This document shows, one piece after another, positions 31,201 to 38,414 of a stretch of DNA of 64,000 nucleotides. This DNA comes from a virus. The position numbers and the translations under genes are program-made. The stretch lies in IMG/VR virus record IMGVR_UViG_3300020391_000290, positions 32,001-96,000 of that record; one strand, given 5' to 3'. Numbering within the stretch: position 1 is the stretch's first letter; each line of letters begins with the position of its first letter. The notes beneath the pieces were generated by a model, which was given only the letters and a program-made list of their open reading frames with translations, made no database searches and was not told the DNA's origin.

Positions 31201-32533
31201 ACTTTTTAGTAGTCCTCCTGATAATGGAGCAAATATCCATATATTTGTTTTTAATCAAGCTACAGACAGAGATGCACCAAGTAAGATAGCGTTACAGACA
31301 CAAAATTTGACTGCAGGAACATTTACATACAATTTGACTAATACTGTAAATTATGCACAACCATTTACAGGGAACACAGTAGTGGAAGTTGATAACGTAA
31401 GATTACGTCCTGCTAACAGTAAATATTATACTGGAGATGGAAGTACTACGCAATTTGTGATTGCAAAAACTGCAGGCGAATCTAACATAGTAAATATTAA
31501 TGATATTGGTGTTGCAGTAATATCTAAGACAACAGGACAAACATTAAACGCAGTGCGTGATATAGATTACACACTGACTGCGGGTACTGATAACATTACA
31601 ATGACTACTCCTCCGGCAGATGGTGATAAAGTTATTGTCTATAACAATGCATCTGCAGAATACTCAATTAGTGCAACTGGCACTGAAATTACAATTGCTG
31701 ATAGTGTAAGTTTCACTAGTAGTAGTGTTATGAGGGTAAACACTTTTTCAAATCACGATTCATATCGTATGCAGACAAAAGTATTTGTAGGCAATGGATC
31801 CGGCATAGGAACTTATACTTTAGATAGAGCAGTAGCAAATGTTAATAATTTTTGGATAACACTTAATGGCAGTAGATTGCATCCAGGAGAATATATCACA
31901 AACGGAAGTAATATAAATTTAAGTGATACTATACAAACAACTTTAACTGGCTCTAGTTTATTAGTAGTAACACATATAAGCGAGAATACAATTCAGCCAA
32001 GCACTGGATTTAGAATATTCTATGATATGAATGGAAACACAGAATACTTAAGACTATCCAAAGATTCTACTACTGAAGTGACTGCTACTGTTTTGCCAAC
32101 AGATACAAAAATTTATGTAGATGATGTAACTAAATTACCCTTTGCTACACCAGAGAGCGAATTTCCAGGTGTAGTGTTTATAGGCGGAGAACGTATTACA
32201 TATCATGAAGTTAGTTTAGATGAAAATTATATAACAAATATAAGAAGAGCTACCGCAGGCACTGCAATGGTACAACGTATTACACCAGGATTTTTGGTAG
32301 TAGATGGTGGTAAAGACCAAACATTACCTAGTACAAATACACATACTAACACCTGGTATGATACAGGTACTAGCACTGCAGCTGATGGGCTAGGATTACA
32401 AAATAGTTCAACACTAAATGCTAATTTCTTAAAAGATAGTGAAGCACAAATACCTAATTTTAGGTTAGAATTAAATGCTTTCGAATATATCATAGGAGAC
32501 TATGTAGAGGATGGCTACATAGAAATAAGATAA
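19262..32533 (+). CDS. Giant (4423 aa) baseplate/fibre scaffold protein with FG-GAP beta-propeller
   Basis: Single uninterrupted ORF coupled to gp6-like gene (TAATG); RQNYQLEP and DFDKFVNYGEYFWLP N-terminal motifs; seven FG-GAP-like repeats; GDG-type and GSGY repeats; VKPYKT. Confidence 0.75.
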   Translation: MALRKSSALLPSIFQTSKNSKFLNATMDQLISEPNLQRFSSFIGRKFAPNFTVGNGYITETSAERQNYQLEPAVVYSNTSKQIESLSSYTDFVSALSYNNVDTTNHSDLFTQEFYNYSGFVDFDKFVNYGEYFWLPAGPDSVQVFNSVVDTEKTYTVYTSGTEFKFDSITADPNRAVILARGGTYKFTLNETGNPFWIQTEIGTSGISAYSTSISTREVLGVTNNGATNGTVTFTVPMVDAQNEQINAIQAANPDFATDLTYSQIHNQPYKTFIDTHGGIDKQTVINGKSLVFVNTTTAASAWDQGSNFDAYGFDDNDNPFDQTTTLDMSIRYDVYNISIDTIGGVETIVLSRSIDWPIGQKVKIKQGDGYGNREFFKGGDGLPLLIKPYTAGIDTLYYQDGVNATQFGTIKLVEIDQVSPIDVENDILEKLVYTSDNGVTFTNGLKIEFNSDVTPTTYAGREYFVEGVGQPQGISLTPVDELLTPESYTVSTSDGFDSVAYDTGGWDGTLNAPTSQDYILINRNSPDRNAWSRGNRWFHRQVIEATAGYNNYTAEIDDSARAKRPIIEFNTGLELFNMGITSKAPVTVVDTTQTDAFSNVNGSTGYFADGIDIKQDNTIIFTADSAINKNVYRVDMVNQDSDLTTNEIISLVLIDTISDKDCVLSTLGATNQGKQYWLDEDTWKTGQQKTKLNQDPLFNVQDPEHVSFSDTTKYPSSNFIGSKLFSYKRNNNNALDTILGFGLSYQNFSTLGDIVFENNFDTDTFQYTKSTGNTNVIVRSGHVHQWNQKGVRTLDNGWTKVLENSNQYQIVIHEVAESELYSYEIGASVDTTKTIQPLQVFVNSKFIAPSKYTHLIQNDREYVSFTDKLSVDDVVTIKFYSNTKATNSYYEIPSNLENNASNATFDTLTLGQVRNHVTTFSQYIKTLSGSSPGASNLRDTNYKAYPGDIMQHSAGMITPMYAFTNSEANLLKSITFVKDEYTKFKNSFIDNINKLDLDLTDPSKCVDDIIKTIAGKKTSALPFYYSDMLPWGTQKSQVEHIVDDTSEVEFEFTTQFDLTTLSARSVLVYKNTELLIEGKDYTLDSIEAKVKLTTNSVNTSNIGLVVNDIIKIVEYTDTNGSFCPPTPSKLGLYYKYEPKKYMDNTYANSKTVVQGHDGSIWVGYGDIRDDIILEFEKRVYNNIKTQYDTNLFDYAEILPGYFRNTLEEFNEANNITRSYFGEWALKNKVLVQKNTISTDEDLFSWNYTTSVNVLNNQRIPGYWRGIYRWFFDTDTPHTTPWEMLGLSVKPIWWNNRYGDAPYTRGNTVLWEDLRDGKLYSDATSSIFTTVANRKRANLMSIIPVDEQGSLRAPGEFLTQGTTITNNKNSWAYSDGSPAETAWTRSSEYPFVIQILAANIKPAKYGSYMFDTNLLERNGQYDQILQKSKSYRPTILDLKMHGTILSDGEIQRAEGYNQFISEYIRSTGFGINDTIAKFNNLELNLSYPVAGFTDKKYLKVVAESVTPSSQSENIFIPDEDINIFLKKSLPLERIVYSGVQIIVRDNGYEIQGYDRQNPFFKIIPSVSAKDPLQHTVGGTTYFEYEQYENIIANIPYGTIIANRQQIFDFLVSYQRYLLSKGFIFDSITSRGDKNDFITGGKEFAFWTDQNWETNSVIVLSPCSQTLKINRTLATVDDIRITGKPKDANGSIINPKFYDVTRIDNFLEIQVDNENTQLYSLQLDPIQYEHALVFSNKTIFNDIIYQPELGNRHSRLKLVGSRSGDWNGTLHAPGFFLNENKINNWQSYVDYKKGDLVNFQNQTYSAKYSIDGSNVFRFDDWNTINNMQTGLVKNLTNKASQFKDFFELDNLNLEDGVDKLGKGMIGFNQKDYLQGLGLDDVSQVKFYQGMVKQKGTSSAINKLIDAELTNLDQTINYFEEWAFRVGEYGSIDSNQIVETIIPEENATNNPTVIHFHADGELPTDTDNDHYHVQRKDLYRVPNNYNGDLFASRDVNTVKTNDLDTAGYARLDDVDFTLFDANDLTSLSSNIQALGKGKKIWIAKDTTNTWSIRRVDETLSTVTKIQSTGNGYLIYTTDINHGLVKDDYVVVRAQQPIGKVAKIFEVSSPNSFTLADTTTEAEITNVNIPMYKLSNVRYTQASDISKFTPVSGWDNKELVYVDKDLNGKWNVLQNTRPWTTTGIKTTASVTADDKLGSSIKINANSTLAIAGAPDQGSGAIVPYVRSEGGALLESNSVIVSTIGDSVDSFGASVAVGVDYVAVGAPDTESSKGAVFTYYVDATGTFNRRPSIRPNALGSSAKFGTSIAMSGNGRYLFVGSPGDNKIYSYTLVTIPTSSIVSHTITSNGGTNYSINFTPISQESLSLVDENGKVYLPNKDFTWNGSQIVFASGPSASLQIVVRQLDYFAFSSMLDPFDSMSGDDYGFSIDCDYYGRNVIIGAPNADVPNSDSTVISNAGEISVQSQVVQQFAGDGITKAFTTIETLQTKIFVEVDGVLQTETDNTDVPVENDGSSIGFYTRSGKTITFKYIPSSGARIVVYTGTYIEKQKIYQNMTGQSPTLNEQFGYSVAIDSNGTTIAVGSPGEDETNPNTGSVFIFQDSGKNYGLVTTNTPHNQTAGDTFYIDNRLITVTDSADNPTNLASDINNANIPGVTASVNLTGAIEILSTNTEPLNKLTINPGGGSMFLRDNVFEIFKFTQKINHPHAKQNENFGRAVVFDKYLDIGSGNYGTRNLVISSDKASTILGIGFDIESNSNKANYLQSTTTFDNGGTTFTDKRSQSGAAYVYELLSANSASITNSDKMVFAQQLTSTNIGLLDQFGFAVAFSDKRILVGSPQDDIVKGSTTITNSGSVYEFNNNLRTKSWSILRNESDRVDVTQINRVALYNKKSNNIDVFLDYIDPAKGKVAGVAQSELDYVSSQDPALYEKNLWSYKYKNRLWWDTSTVHFLNVEQGDLDYRKNYWGTMFPGSTIDICEWIESNVPPSEYTGEGTVRDPNFFTVANVYNSSSDSTKIKYYFWVKNITSVPTEAEFRTLSADSVRRLIEDPKAQGLPYVAIIDKDAIALYNCKDYFADNDAVFSVNYDVVKNEGVLHSEFELFGKGNTDQDIPTRLYNKLVDSLAGADSVGNIVPDPFLSEVEKYGVLTQPRQSMFVNRASAIKVLVQYCNSIFVTQPFARNSSMTKLLSSENIPTVNSGEYNVSVDTLAERDYLNTLILTTGYKVLVLEDENNNNYWTVYTLNADKTWSLSNIQGYNTADYWSYKTYYKSGYDATTVPNFQVQKEADLLTLTTAVEGDIAKVTSNDEGNFSMFSLQSDGTWDEVIIERGTIQFNNSLYSFTTLNTSFQATGFDNDGFDFGSFDKVPTEEIRQIINALKNDLFTDTYKIHMNELFFRLMEYALNENTFTTDWMFKSSFISVAHKLRSLNQYNTFKYDNTTFIEKFIEEVKPYKTTIREYISKYDKLDTFEGDTTDFDVHAFYDEELQLFRKPSGQYTGDETKWTQGLNKPWGENYGYKLDSISLVNAGTGYISDPTVTISAPQMSGGIQATATAKTNGDVIISITVTNKGSGYTQNPTINITGSGTGVKVSPRLVNNTTRSFDTTIKFDRITYSSSVKDWVKNTSYGLNDIVAYQNTTTLTQEVYKVTTAFTSGETFSTEDNTGTSVMAVYADENFTNTADRIGAYYYPTSGMIGDDLELLQKGTGYLGNKVTGPGFDQNPGFDSSNFDVIGFDNFEIDEEGLAVLAGVDTVFRGTEFANDKLGSEYLVSGYVVSGYISKLSVGLDPESIIIDGSGFVDTYNSHAPEELIPGRVYDTLDMEVYTHPGHDYEVDGGAPDIQYTSFSNFVDSFSKGYLAPGYLEGDYVALTETTISQRDFQYGDPTKSSEDYEYLIVYQNDERIYNFTTNYTDKTVTLSNPILATDIIHVYAYSQVGEKIVGEYTEIGDGSSISFVLGNTPELTKQTLVYVDGVETSVTIGSQDGRTTILFSSPPDNGANIHIFVFNQATDRDAPSKIALQTQNLTAGTFTYNLTNTVNYAQPFTGNTVVEVDNVRLRPANSKYYTGDGSTTQFVIAKTAGESNIVNINDIGVAVISKTTGQTLNAVRDIDYTLTAGTDNITMTTPPADGDKVIVYNNASAEYSISATGTEITIADSVSFTSSSVMRVNTFSNHDSYRMQTKVFVGNGSGIGTYTLDRAVANVNNFWITLNGSRLHPGEYITNGSNINLSDTIQTTLTGSSLLVVTHISENTIQPSTGFRIFYDMNGNTEYLRLSKDSTTEVTATVLPTDTKIYVDDVTKLPFATPESEFPGVVFIGGERITYHEVSLDENYITNIRRATAGTAMVQRITPGFLVVDGGKDQTLPSTNTHTNTWYDTGTSTAADGLGLQNSSTLNANFLKDSEAQIPNFRLELNAFEYIIGDYVEDGYIEIR

Positions 32534-32543
32534 TGATGCGTTG

Positions 32544-32550
32544 ATAAATA
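32544..32550 (+). promoter_or_regulatory. Late promoter ATAAATA
   Basis: Intergenic GATAAATA upstream of the fibre gene. Confidence 0.65.
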
Positions 32551-32586
32551 CTATTATATGCATTGAGGTACTAAGGATAAAATAAA

Positions 32587-35259
32587 ATGGCAATAACACT
32601 TAGAAATAATAAAAGTCAGGCGCTTACATTTAACGAAATGGACGGCAACTTTACTGATTTAGATGGCAGAGTTACAACACTACAAGGAAATACTGTTCAA
32701 ACAGTAAATGGAGTAAGTCCAAGTAGTAATGCACTAACTATTACTACTGCTAATATTACTGAAAATACTAATTTATATTATACAGATGCTAGATCAAGAG
32801 CTGCAATTAGTATAACTGATAGTGGAGGTGATGGTAGTTTAACTTATAATAGTGGTACAGGAGCAATAGTTTATACTGGACCAAGTGCTTCTGAAGTAAG
32901 AGCCCACTTTACAGCAGGTGAAGGTATAGATATATCAACTGGTACAATATCTGCAGAGGATGCTACCGCATCAAATAAGGGTGTAGCATCATTTAGTAGT
33001 GATCATTTTACTGTATCATCAGGTGCAGTGACTATTAAAACAGATGGTATCGATGATACACACATTGACTTTGGTACAGGCACAAATCAAGTTAGTACGG
33101 CAGATATTCCTGAACAAACAAATTTATACTATACGGATGGTAGAGTAACAACAAGAATAAATGCCACAAGTATTGATGCATTAAGTGACGTTGATATATC
33201 AACTTCAGCGCCAAATAACAATGATGTATTAACGTGGAATGCAGTGGATGGTGAATTTCAGCCAGCTGTTGCACCGGGTGCGGCAGGTGGTGAAGCAAAT
33301 ACTGCTAGTAATGTAGGTGCAGGAAGCGGACTTTTTAAAACTAAAGTAGGTTCTGGTTTACAGTTTAAAAGTATTATTGGTACAGCTCCAATTGTTGCCA
33401 CTGGAAATACAGATGATGTTACTTTAACTTTTGCTCCTAGTGGAGATGTTAATATAGCTTCAAATAAATTAAGAAATGTAACAGATCCAACAAGTGCTCA
33501 AGACGCGGCTACTAAAGCATATGTAGATAGTCAAATTAGTGGAGTTAGTACAACTTCAATTACCCAAGGTAACAGTAGTGTTGCAGTGACAGACAGTGGA
33601 ACTGGACAGGTGGTTACTACTGTTGATGGTACTGCAGAATTAACAATAATTAGTGCAAGTGCAACGTTTGGTGGTAATATAATTATACCAGATGCTGGGT
33701 ATATAGGTAGTGTAAGTGATGTCGATGCTGTACAAATAGCGGCAAATGGTAATGTCACGCTTAGTCAGGATCTTATTGTTACTGGAGATTTTACAGTAAA
33801 CGGAACTACTACTACCGTTGCTACAACTAATATGGTAGTTAAGGACAACTTAATTGAACTTAATAATGGTGCATCTAGTAATGCTAATGATAGTGGAATT
33901 ATTATTGAAAGAGGAAGTACAGGTGACAATGCGTTTATAGGTTGGGATGAATCATCTGATAAATTTAAAGTTGGTACAACAACTGCAACAGGCGCCAGTA
34001 CTGGTACCCTTTCTATTTCAGCAGGAACACTTGTAGCAAATATCGAAGGAAATGTTACTGGTAACGCTACAGGTAGTTCAGGAAGTTGTACAGGAAACGC
34101 AGCCACTGCGACTGCCTTAGCAACTACAAGAGCAATTGCACTTGCCGGTGATGTTGTAGGAACAGCAAACTTCGATGGCAGTGCAGGAATAAGTATTTCT
34201 ACTACAATTCAAGCCAATAGTGTTGCACTAGGCACGGATACAACTGGTAATTATGTTGCATACTTAACTGCTGGTAATTTAATTGATTTGCAAAACAATA
34301 CAGGCGAAGGTGCTTATCCTACTATTGACGTAGACTTGTCTGAACTTACAGATGGCACAGACGATATTATAGGATCACAAGACGAAGTAGTTTATCTGGA
34401 TAACGGAGGTCAGAAACGTAAACTTTTTTCAGAAATAAAAATTGGTCAATTTAACACAGCAAATCAAATTGCATTATCAACTGATACAACAGGAAATTAT
34501 GTAGCAGCAGGTGCAACATCAGGTAGTGGTATAAGTGGTAGTGTAAGTAGTGAAGGTGGAACATTTACTGTTACATCAAATGCAACTAACGCAAATACTG
34601 CTTCAACTATTGTATTCCGTGATGGCAGTGGTAATTTTAGTGCAGGTACTATTACTGCTAGCCTGACAGGAAATGCATCAGGTAGTTCAGGAAGTTGTAC
34701 AGGAAACGCAGCCACTGCAACGACTGCGACAACTGCAACAAACGTTACAGTAGCAGATGAAAGTAGTGATACAGCATGTAACGTTTTATTTACGACTGCA
34801 GCAAGTGGTAATTTACCACCAAAATCAGGTAGTAACTTAACATTTAATAGTGCAACAGGACAACTAGATGCTACAACATTTAATGGTGTTGCAACATCAG
34901 CAAAATACGCTGACTTGGCAGAAAAATATACAACTGATGCGGAATATCCTCCAGGAACAATTATGCAAGTGGGAGGAGATGCAGAAACAACTACTGCAGA
35001 CGAAAATACACAGTATATAGCAGGTGTTATATCTACTAATCCAGCATTTATAATGAATAGTGAATCTGATGGACAAGCAATTGCATTAGCCGGTCGTGTA
35101 CCAGTAAGGGTAGTTGGCAGTGTTACAAAAGGAGCACCTGTTTTTGTTTTATATGATGGAGTTGCTAGTTCTTCAGGCACAGGAAAATTAGTTGGTATTG
35201 CGTTAGAAACAAATAGCAATATAGACGAAAAGAATGTAGAATGTATGCTTAAAGTGTAA
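32587..35259 (+). CDS. Tail fibre protein with C-terminal intramolecular chaperone-type domain
   Basis: LTFNEMDGNF N-terminus, TNLYYTD repeats, QDAATKAYVD, G/T/S-rich; AKYADLAEKY...GRVPVRV C-terminal domain. Confidence 0.8.
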   Translation: MAITLRNNKSQALTFNEMDGNFTDLDGRVTTLQGNTVQTVNGVSPSSNALTITTANITENTNLYYTDARSRAAISITDSGGDGSLTYNSGTGAIVYTGPSASEVRAHFTAGEGIDISTGTISAEDATASNKGVASFSSDHFTVSSGAVTIKTDGIDDTHIDFGTGTNQVSTADIPEQTNLYYTDGRVTTRINATSIDALSDVDISTSAPNNNDVLTWNAVDGEFQPAVAPGAAGGEANTASNVGAGSGLFKTKVGSGLQFKSIIGTAPIVATGNTDDVTLTFAPSGDVNIASNKLRNVTDPTSAQDAATKAYVDSQISGVSTTSITQGNSSVAVTDSGTGQVVTTVDGTAELTIISASATFGGNIIIPDAGYIGSVSDVDAVQIAANGNVTLSQDLIVTGDFTVNGTTTTVATTNMVVKDNLIELNNGASSNANDSGIIIERGSTGDNAFIGWDESSDKFKVGTTTATGASTGTLSISAGTLVANIEGNVTGNATGSSGSCTGNAATATALATTRAIALAGDVVGTANFDGSAGISISTTIQANSVALGTDTTGNYVAYLTAGNLIDLQNNTGEGAYPTIDVDLSELTDGTDDIIGSQDEVVYLDNGGQKRKLFSEIKIGQFNTANQIALSTDTTGNYVAAGATSGSGISGSVSSEGGTFTVTSNATNANTASTIVFRDGSGNFSAGTITASLTGNASGSSGSCTGNAATATTATTATNVTVADESSDTACNVLFTTAASGNLPPKSGSNLTFNSATGQLDATTFNGVATSAKYADLAEKYTTDAEYPPGTIMQVGGDAETTTADENTQYIAGVISTNPAFIMNSESDGQAIALAGRVPVRVVGSVTKGAPVFVLYDGVASSSGTGKLVGIALETNSNIDEKNVECMLKV
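34070..34718 (+). repeat. 40-bp perfect direct repeat (34070-34109 and 34679-34718)
   Basis: CAGGTAGTTCAGGAAGTTGTACAGGAAACGCAGCCACTGC occurs twice, 609 bp apart. Confidence 0.9.
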
Positions 35260-35261
35260 CT

Positions 35262-35927
35262 ATGAAAGATAACGATATGGAAAAAACGGATATTGAACAA
35301 CCACAAGAGCCAGATACTGCTTTAAAAGACACTAGTGGCGTGATGATGGAAGGTCACATTCGGATATTTGATCCAGACACAGGTGAAGATTACGTCAATA
35401 AAAGAAATGCTATACACTATGAAAATATGAGTGAAGCATTGGCACAAAGTATTTCAAATAAAACTAATGGCTTTATACATGAAATGAGTTTTGGAAATGG
35501 TGGCACAAGTGTTGACCCTACAGGTGTAATTACATATTTGCCAGCGAATAGTAGTGGTAGTAATGCTAATCTATATAATCAAACATATTATAAAGTAGTT
35601 GATGATAATAGTAGTCTAAATACAGATACTGCTAGAAATAAACTTACAGTAAGTCATACATCTGGACAGATTTACACAGATATAATTGTAAGTTGTTTGC
35701 TTGATTATGGAGAACCAAACAGTCAAGCCGCATTTGACAATACAAGTAATTTTAATGATACCTACACATTCGATGAACTTGGATTAAGGAGTTGGACAGG
35801 TACAGTAAATACAGGTAATTTGTTAACCCATGTTGTGTTTCATCCTGTACAAAAAAGTTTAAATAGACTAATACAAATAGATTATACAGTTAGAATACAA
35901 ACACTGACTAATCTTAGTAGTATATAA
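35262..35927 (+). CDS. Virion structural protein (tail collar/baseplate-like)
   Basis: KRNAIHYENMS, FGNGGT, FDELGL, LLTHVVFHPVQKSLNR motifs; located in the structural operon. Confidence 0.65.
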   Translation: MKDNDMEKTDIEQPQEPDTALKDTSGVMMEGHIRIFDPDTGEDYVNKRNAIHYENMSEALAQSISNKTNGFIHEMSFGNGGTSVDPTGVITYLPANSSGSNANLYNQTYYKVVDDNSSLNTDTARNKLTVSHTSGQIYTDIIVSCLLDYGEPNSQAAFDNTSNFNDTYTFDELGLRSWTGTVNTGNLLTHVVFHPVQKSLNRLIQIDYTVRIQTLTNLSSI

Positions 35928-35948
35928 TATGCTAAGTTTATAAAGTGG

Positions 35949-35955
35949 ATAAATA
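35949..35955 (+). promoter_or_regulatory. Late promoter ATAAATA
   Basis: Intergenic GATAAATA followed by GGAG RBS. Confidence 0.65.
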
Positions 35956-35984
35956 TAATTAATGAATAGCGGAGCAACATAAAG

Positions 35985-37439
35985 ATGGCTTATACAGTTA
36001 ATAAAACCGATGGTACTATATTATCTACAGTAGCAGATGGTACAATCGATACTACAACTGATCTCACACTAATTGGAAAAAATTATGCAGGTTATGGTGA
36101 ATTTTTTAACGAGAACTTAGTAAAATTATTAGAAAATTTTAGTAATAGTAGTGCACCTAGTAGTCCAGTAGCAGGTCAAATGTGGTGGGACAAAACAAAC
36201 AATTTATTAAAAGTTTACACAGGAAGTGCATTTAAAACAGTAAGTAGCAGCACAGCAAGTGCAAGTACTCCAAGTAGTAGTGTAACAGGTGACCTTTGGT
36301 GGGATACAACGAATGGACAATTAAAAGTTTACAACGGGACTGGTTTTACAACCATTGGTCCTAGTTTTACAAGTGGTACAGGTACTTCTGGTGCAATTGT
36401 AGCAACAATTACAGATAACGCCGCATCAGACCATGTAGTTGTACAATTATTCACAAATAATACAATAGTAGCAATAGTAAGCAAAGATACAACATTCACT
36501 CCGCAGAGTGCTATATCTGGATTTGCAACAATTAAACCAGGTGTGCAATTATCTACTGCAGTTTCTAATAATAAATTCCAAGGTACCGCAACTGATTCAG
36601 ATGCATTAGGCGGTATTGCAGCAGCTAACTACTTACGTAGTAATGCAAGTGATAGCACTAGTGGTGTGCTTAGTATTTTAAATGATACTGGCATAGTTGT
36701 AGGTGTTGATAGTGATTTTACAGTAGGTGTTAGTGGAAGTGATGTAAGTATTAGTAACGCTACAAGTAATGGAGACATACTTGTTAAAGTAAATGACGGT
36801 GGTGTAGTATCAACTGCAATGACATTTGATGGTGCAACCAATAGAGTGCTAGTTGCTGGTGCACCTACTGATGGATTAGGAATTGCAACCAAAGCATATG
36901 TTGATTCCCAAGTTTCAGGAAGTGGCAGCTTATTAAAGACTGGTGGCACAATGACTGGAGATATTCTTGTTAGTGGCACAGTAAATTTTGGTAGTGGTAG
37001 TACCCCGATTACCACAGTACACGCAACTACTTTTAGTGGATTGGCAAGCAGTGCAAAATATGCTGACTTGGCTGAAAACTTTAGACCAGATGTAGAATAT
37101 GCACCTGGCACTGTAGTAGCACTAGGTGGAGTAGAAGAAATTACTTCAGTAAACGAAGAATTATCAAACAATGTGTTCGGTGTTATTAGTAAAAGACCAG
37201 CATATTTGATGAATAGTGGACAAGAAAAAGGTTCACCAGTAGCGATTGCCGGAAGAGTACCTGTAAGAGTGCTTGGACGCATAAATAAAGGTGATAGACT
37301 TGTTAGTGCAGGCAACGGAGTTGCAAGAGCTGCAAGTGAAGATGAATCGATCAATGCTTTTAATGTATTAGGCAGAGCAATCCAAAATAAAACAACAACG
37401 GAAGAAGGCACTGTGGAAGCCTTTGTTACAATAAATTAA
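35985..37439 (+). CDS. Short fibre/baseplate protein with C-terminal chaperone-type domain
   Basis: MAYTVNKTDG, GKNYAGYGE...LLENF, GQMWWD/GDLWWD repeats; AKYADLAENF...GRVPVRV. Confidence 0.75.
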   Translation: MAYTVNKTDGTILSTVADGTIDTTTDLTLIGKNYAGYGEFFNENLVKLLENFSNSSAPSSPVAGQMWWDKTNNLLKVYTGSAFKTVSSSTASASTPSSSVTGDLWWDTTNGQLKVYNGTGFTTIGPSFTSGTGTSGAIVATITDNAASDHVVVQLFTNNTIVAIVSKDTTFTPQSAISGFATIKPGVQLSTAVSNNKFQGTATDSDALGGIAAANYLRSNASDSTSGVLSILNDTGIVVGVDSDFTVGVSGSDVSISNATSNGDILVKVNDGGVVSTAMTFDGATNRVLVAGAPTDGLGIATKAYVDSQVSGSGSLLKTGGTMTGDILVSGTVNFGSGSTPITTVHATTFSGLASSAKYADLAENFRPDVEYAPGTVVALGGVEEITSVNEELSNNVFGVISKRPAYLMNSGQEKGSPVAIAGRVPVRVLGRINKGDRLVSAGNGVARAASEDESINAFNVLGRAIQNKTTTEEGTVEAFVTIN

Positions 37440-37460
37440 AAAATACGGAGAATTTAAACA

Positions 37461-38360
37461 ATGGCTTATCAAAGCGGTGACACAATACTAGACAATCACT
37501 ATAATGATTTTGCTACATCAGTAAACGCGATATGGGGAACTGGTTCAGGAGATCATGGATATGGACAGACTAATACAGTAAGTTCAGTAAGTACAAGTAG
37601 TACAGTCCAAGCATCACAATGGACAACATTATTAGCAAGAATGACTAGTTGTGCTTCACACCAAGGAAGTAGTATTACAGGCATTTCTAATCCAAGTGCT
37701 GGAAATACAATTAGTGCGTTTACTGCATTAAGTGGTAACGTAACAACTATTAATAATAACAGATTAAATGTTACTTCACGTGCCGGTAACGTAGAATCAA
37801 GTTGTAGTACAACAACTAATTTAATTACATCAATAGAACAACGTGGTAGATGGACATGGGGTTCAACTGACCAAGCACGTTTCTTTTTTAACACAGGCGG
37901 TAGAATAAGTTGTCGTTGGGATATTTCAGGTTACACAAGTGATACAAAAGCAGAAAGATGGAATACACTAGCAAGTAACTGTGGTACATATTTAATAAAT
38001 GCACAAAGTTCAGGTAAGTCAGGTGGTGGTGGTAACTCACCAAACATAAACAATACAAACTTAGGATGGCATGATCTTACTGGTTCATATCAAGATGCAT
38101 TTAGACAGTACGCACAAAGCACCTATACTAATAATAATATTAGATTACAATTATACAAATCTGGTAATGTAGTTTACTTTAGAAGTTATTGGAACGATGA
38201 TGAAGCAGATCAGACTAGTTGGAATAAATCCATTTATAATGTGCAAGATCAGACAAATGGAACAAAACAGACAATCTTTGGACATGAAGAATCAGAAACA
38301 ACACATATAGCAGATACGTGGGGCGATGGGCCAACACAATCAGTAGATGCTAACGGATAA
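37461..38360 (+). CDS. Putative virion structural protein
   Basis: MAYQSGDTI start, GYGQ, ARFFFNTGG motif; S/T/G/N-rich; GGAG RBS. Confidence 0.6.
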   Translation: MAYQSGDTILDNHYNDFATSVNAIWGTGSGDHGYGQTNTVSSVSTSSTVQASQWTTLLARMTSCASHQGSSITGISNPSAGNTISAFTALSGNVTTINNNRLNVTSRAGNVESSCSTTTNLITSIEQRGRWTWGSTDQARFFFNTGGRISCRWDISGYTSDTKAERWNTLASNCGTYLINAQSSGKSGGGGNSPNINNTNLGWHDLTGSYQDAFRQYAQSTYTNNNIRLQLYKSGNVVYFRSYWNDDEADQTSWNKSIYNVQDQTNGTKQTIFGHEESETTHIADTWGDGPTQSVDANG

Positions 38361-38379
38361 TAATTAAAGAATTTAATAC

Positions 38380-38408
38380 TTGACAGGCGCTACGGCGCCT
38401 GTTATAAT
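38380..38408 (+). promoter_or_regulatory. Perfect sigma70 promoter TTGACA-N17-TATAAT, leaderless
   Basis: TTGACA 38380-85, TATAAT 38403-08, ATG at 38415. Confidence 0.85.
38383..38404 (+). terminator. GC-rich hairpin with C(UACG)G loop; likely terminator of the structural operon
   Basis: ACAGGCGC-TACG-GCGCCTGT perfect 8-bp stem, 22 nt after the stop codon; the U-tract is weak. Confidence 0.55.
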
Positions 38409-38414
38409 GACTGC

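Noticed and set aside
33531-37894. Long antisense ORFs (e.g. 34497..35306, 36629..37411)
   Set aside because: Shadows of Gly/Thr/Ser/Ala-rich fibre genes whose codon usage avoids reverse-strand stops.
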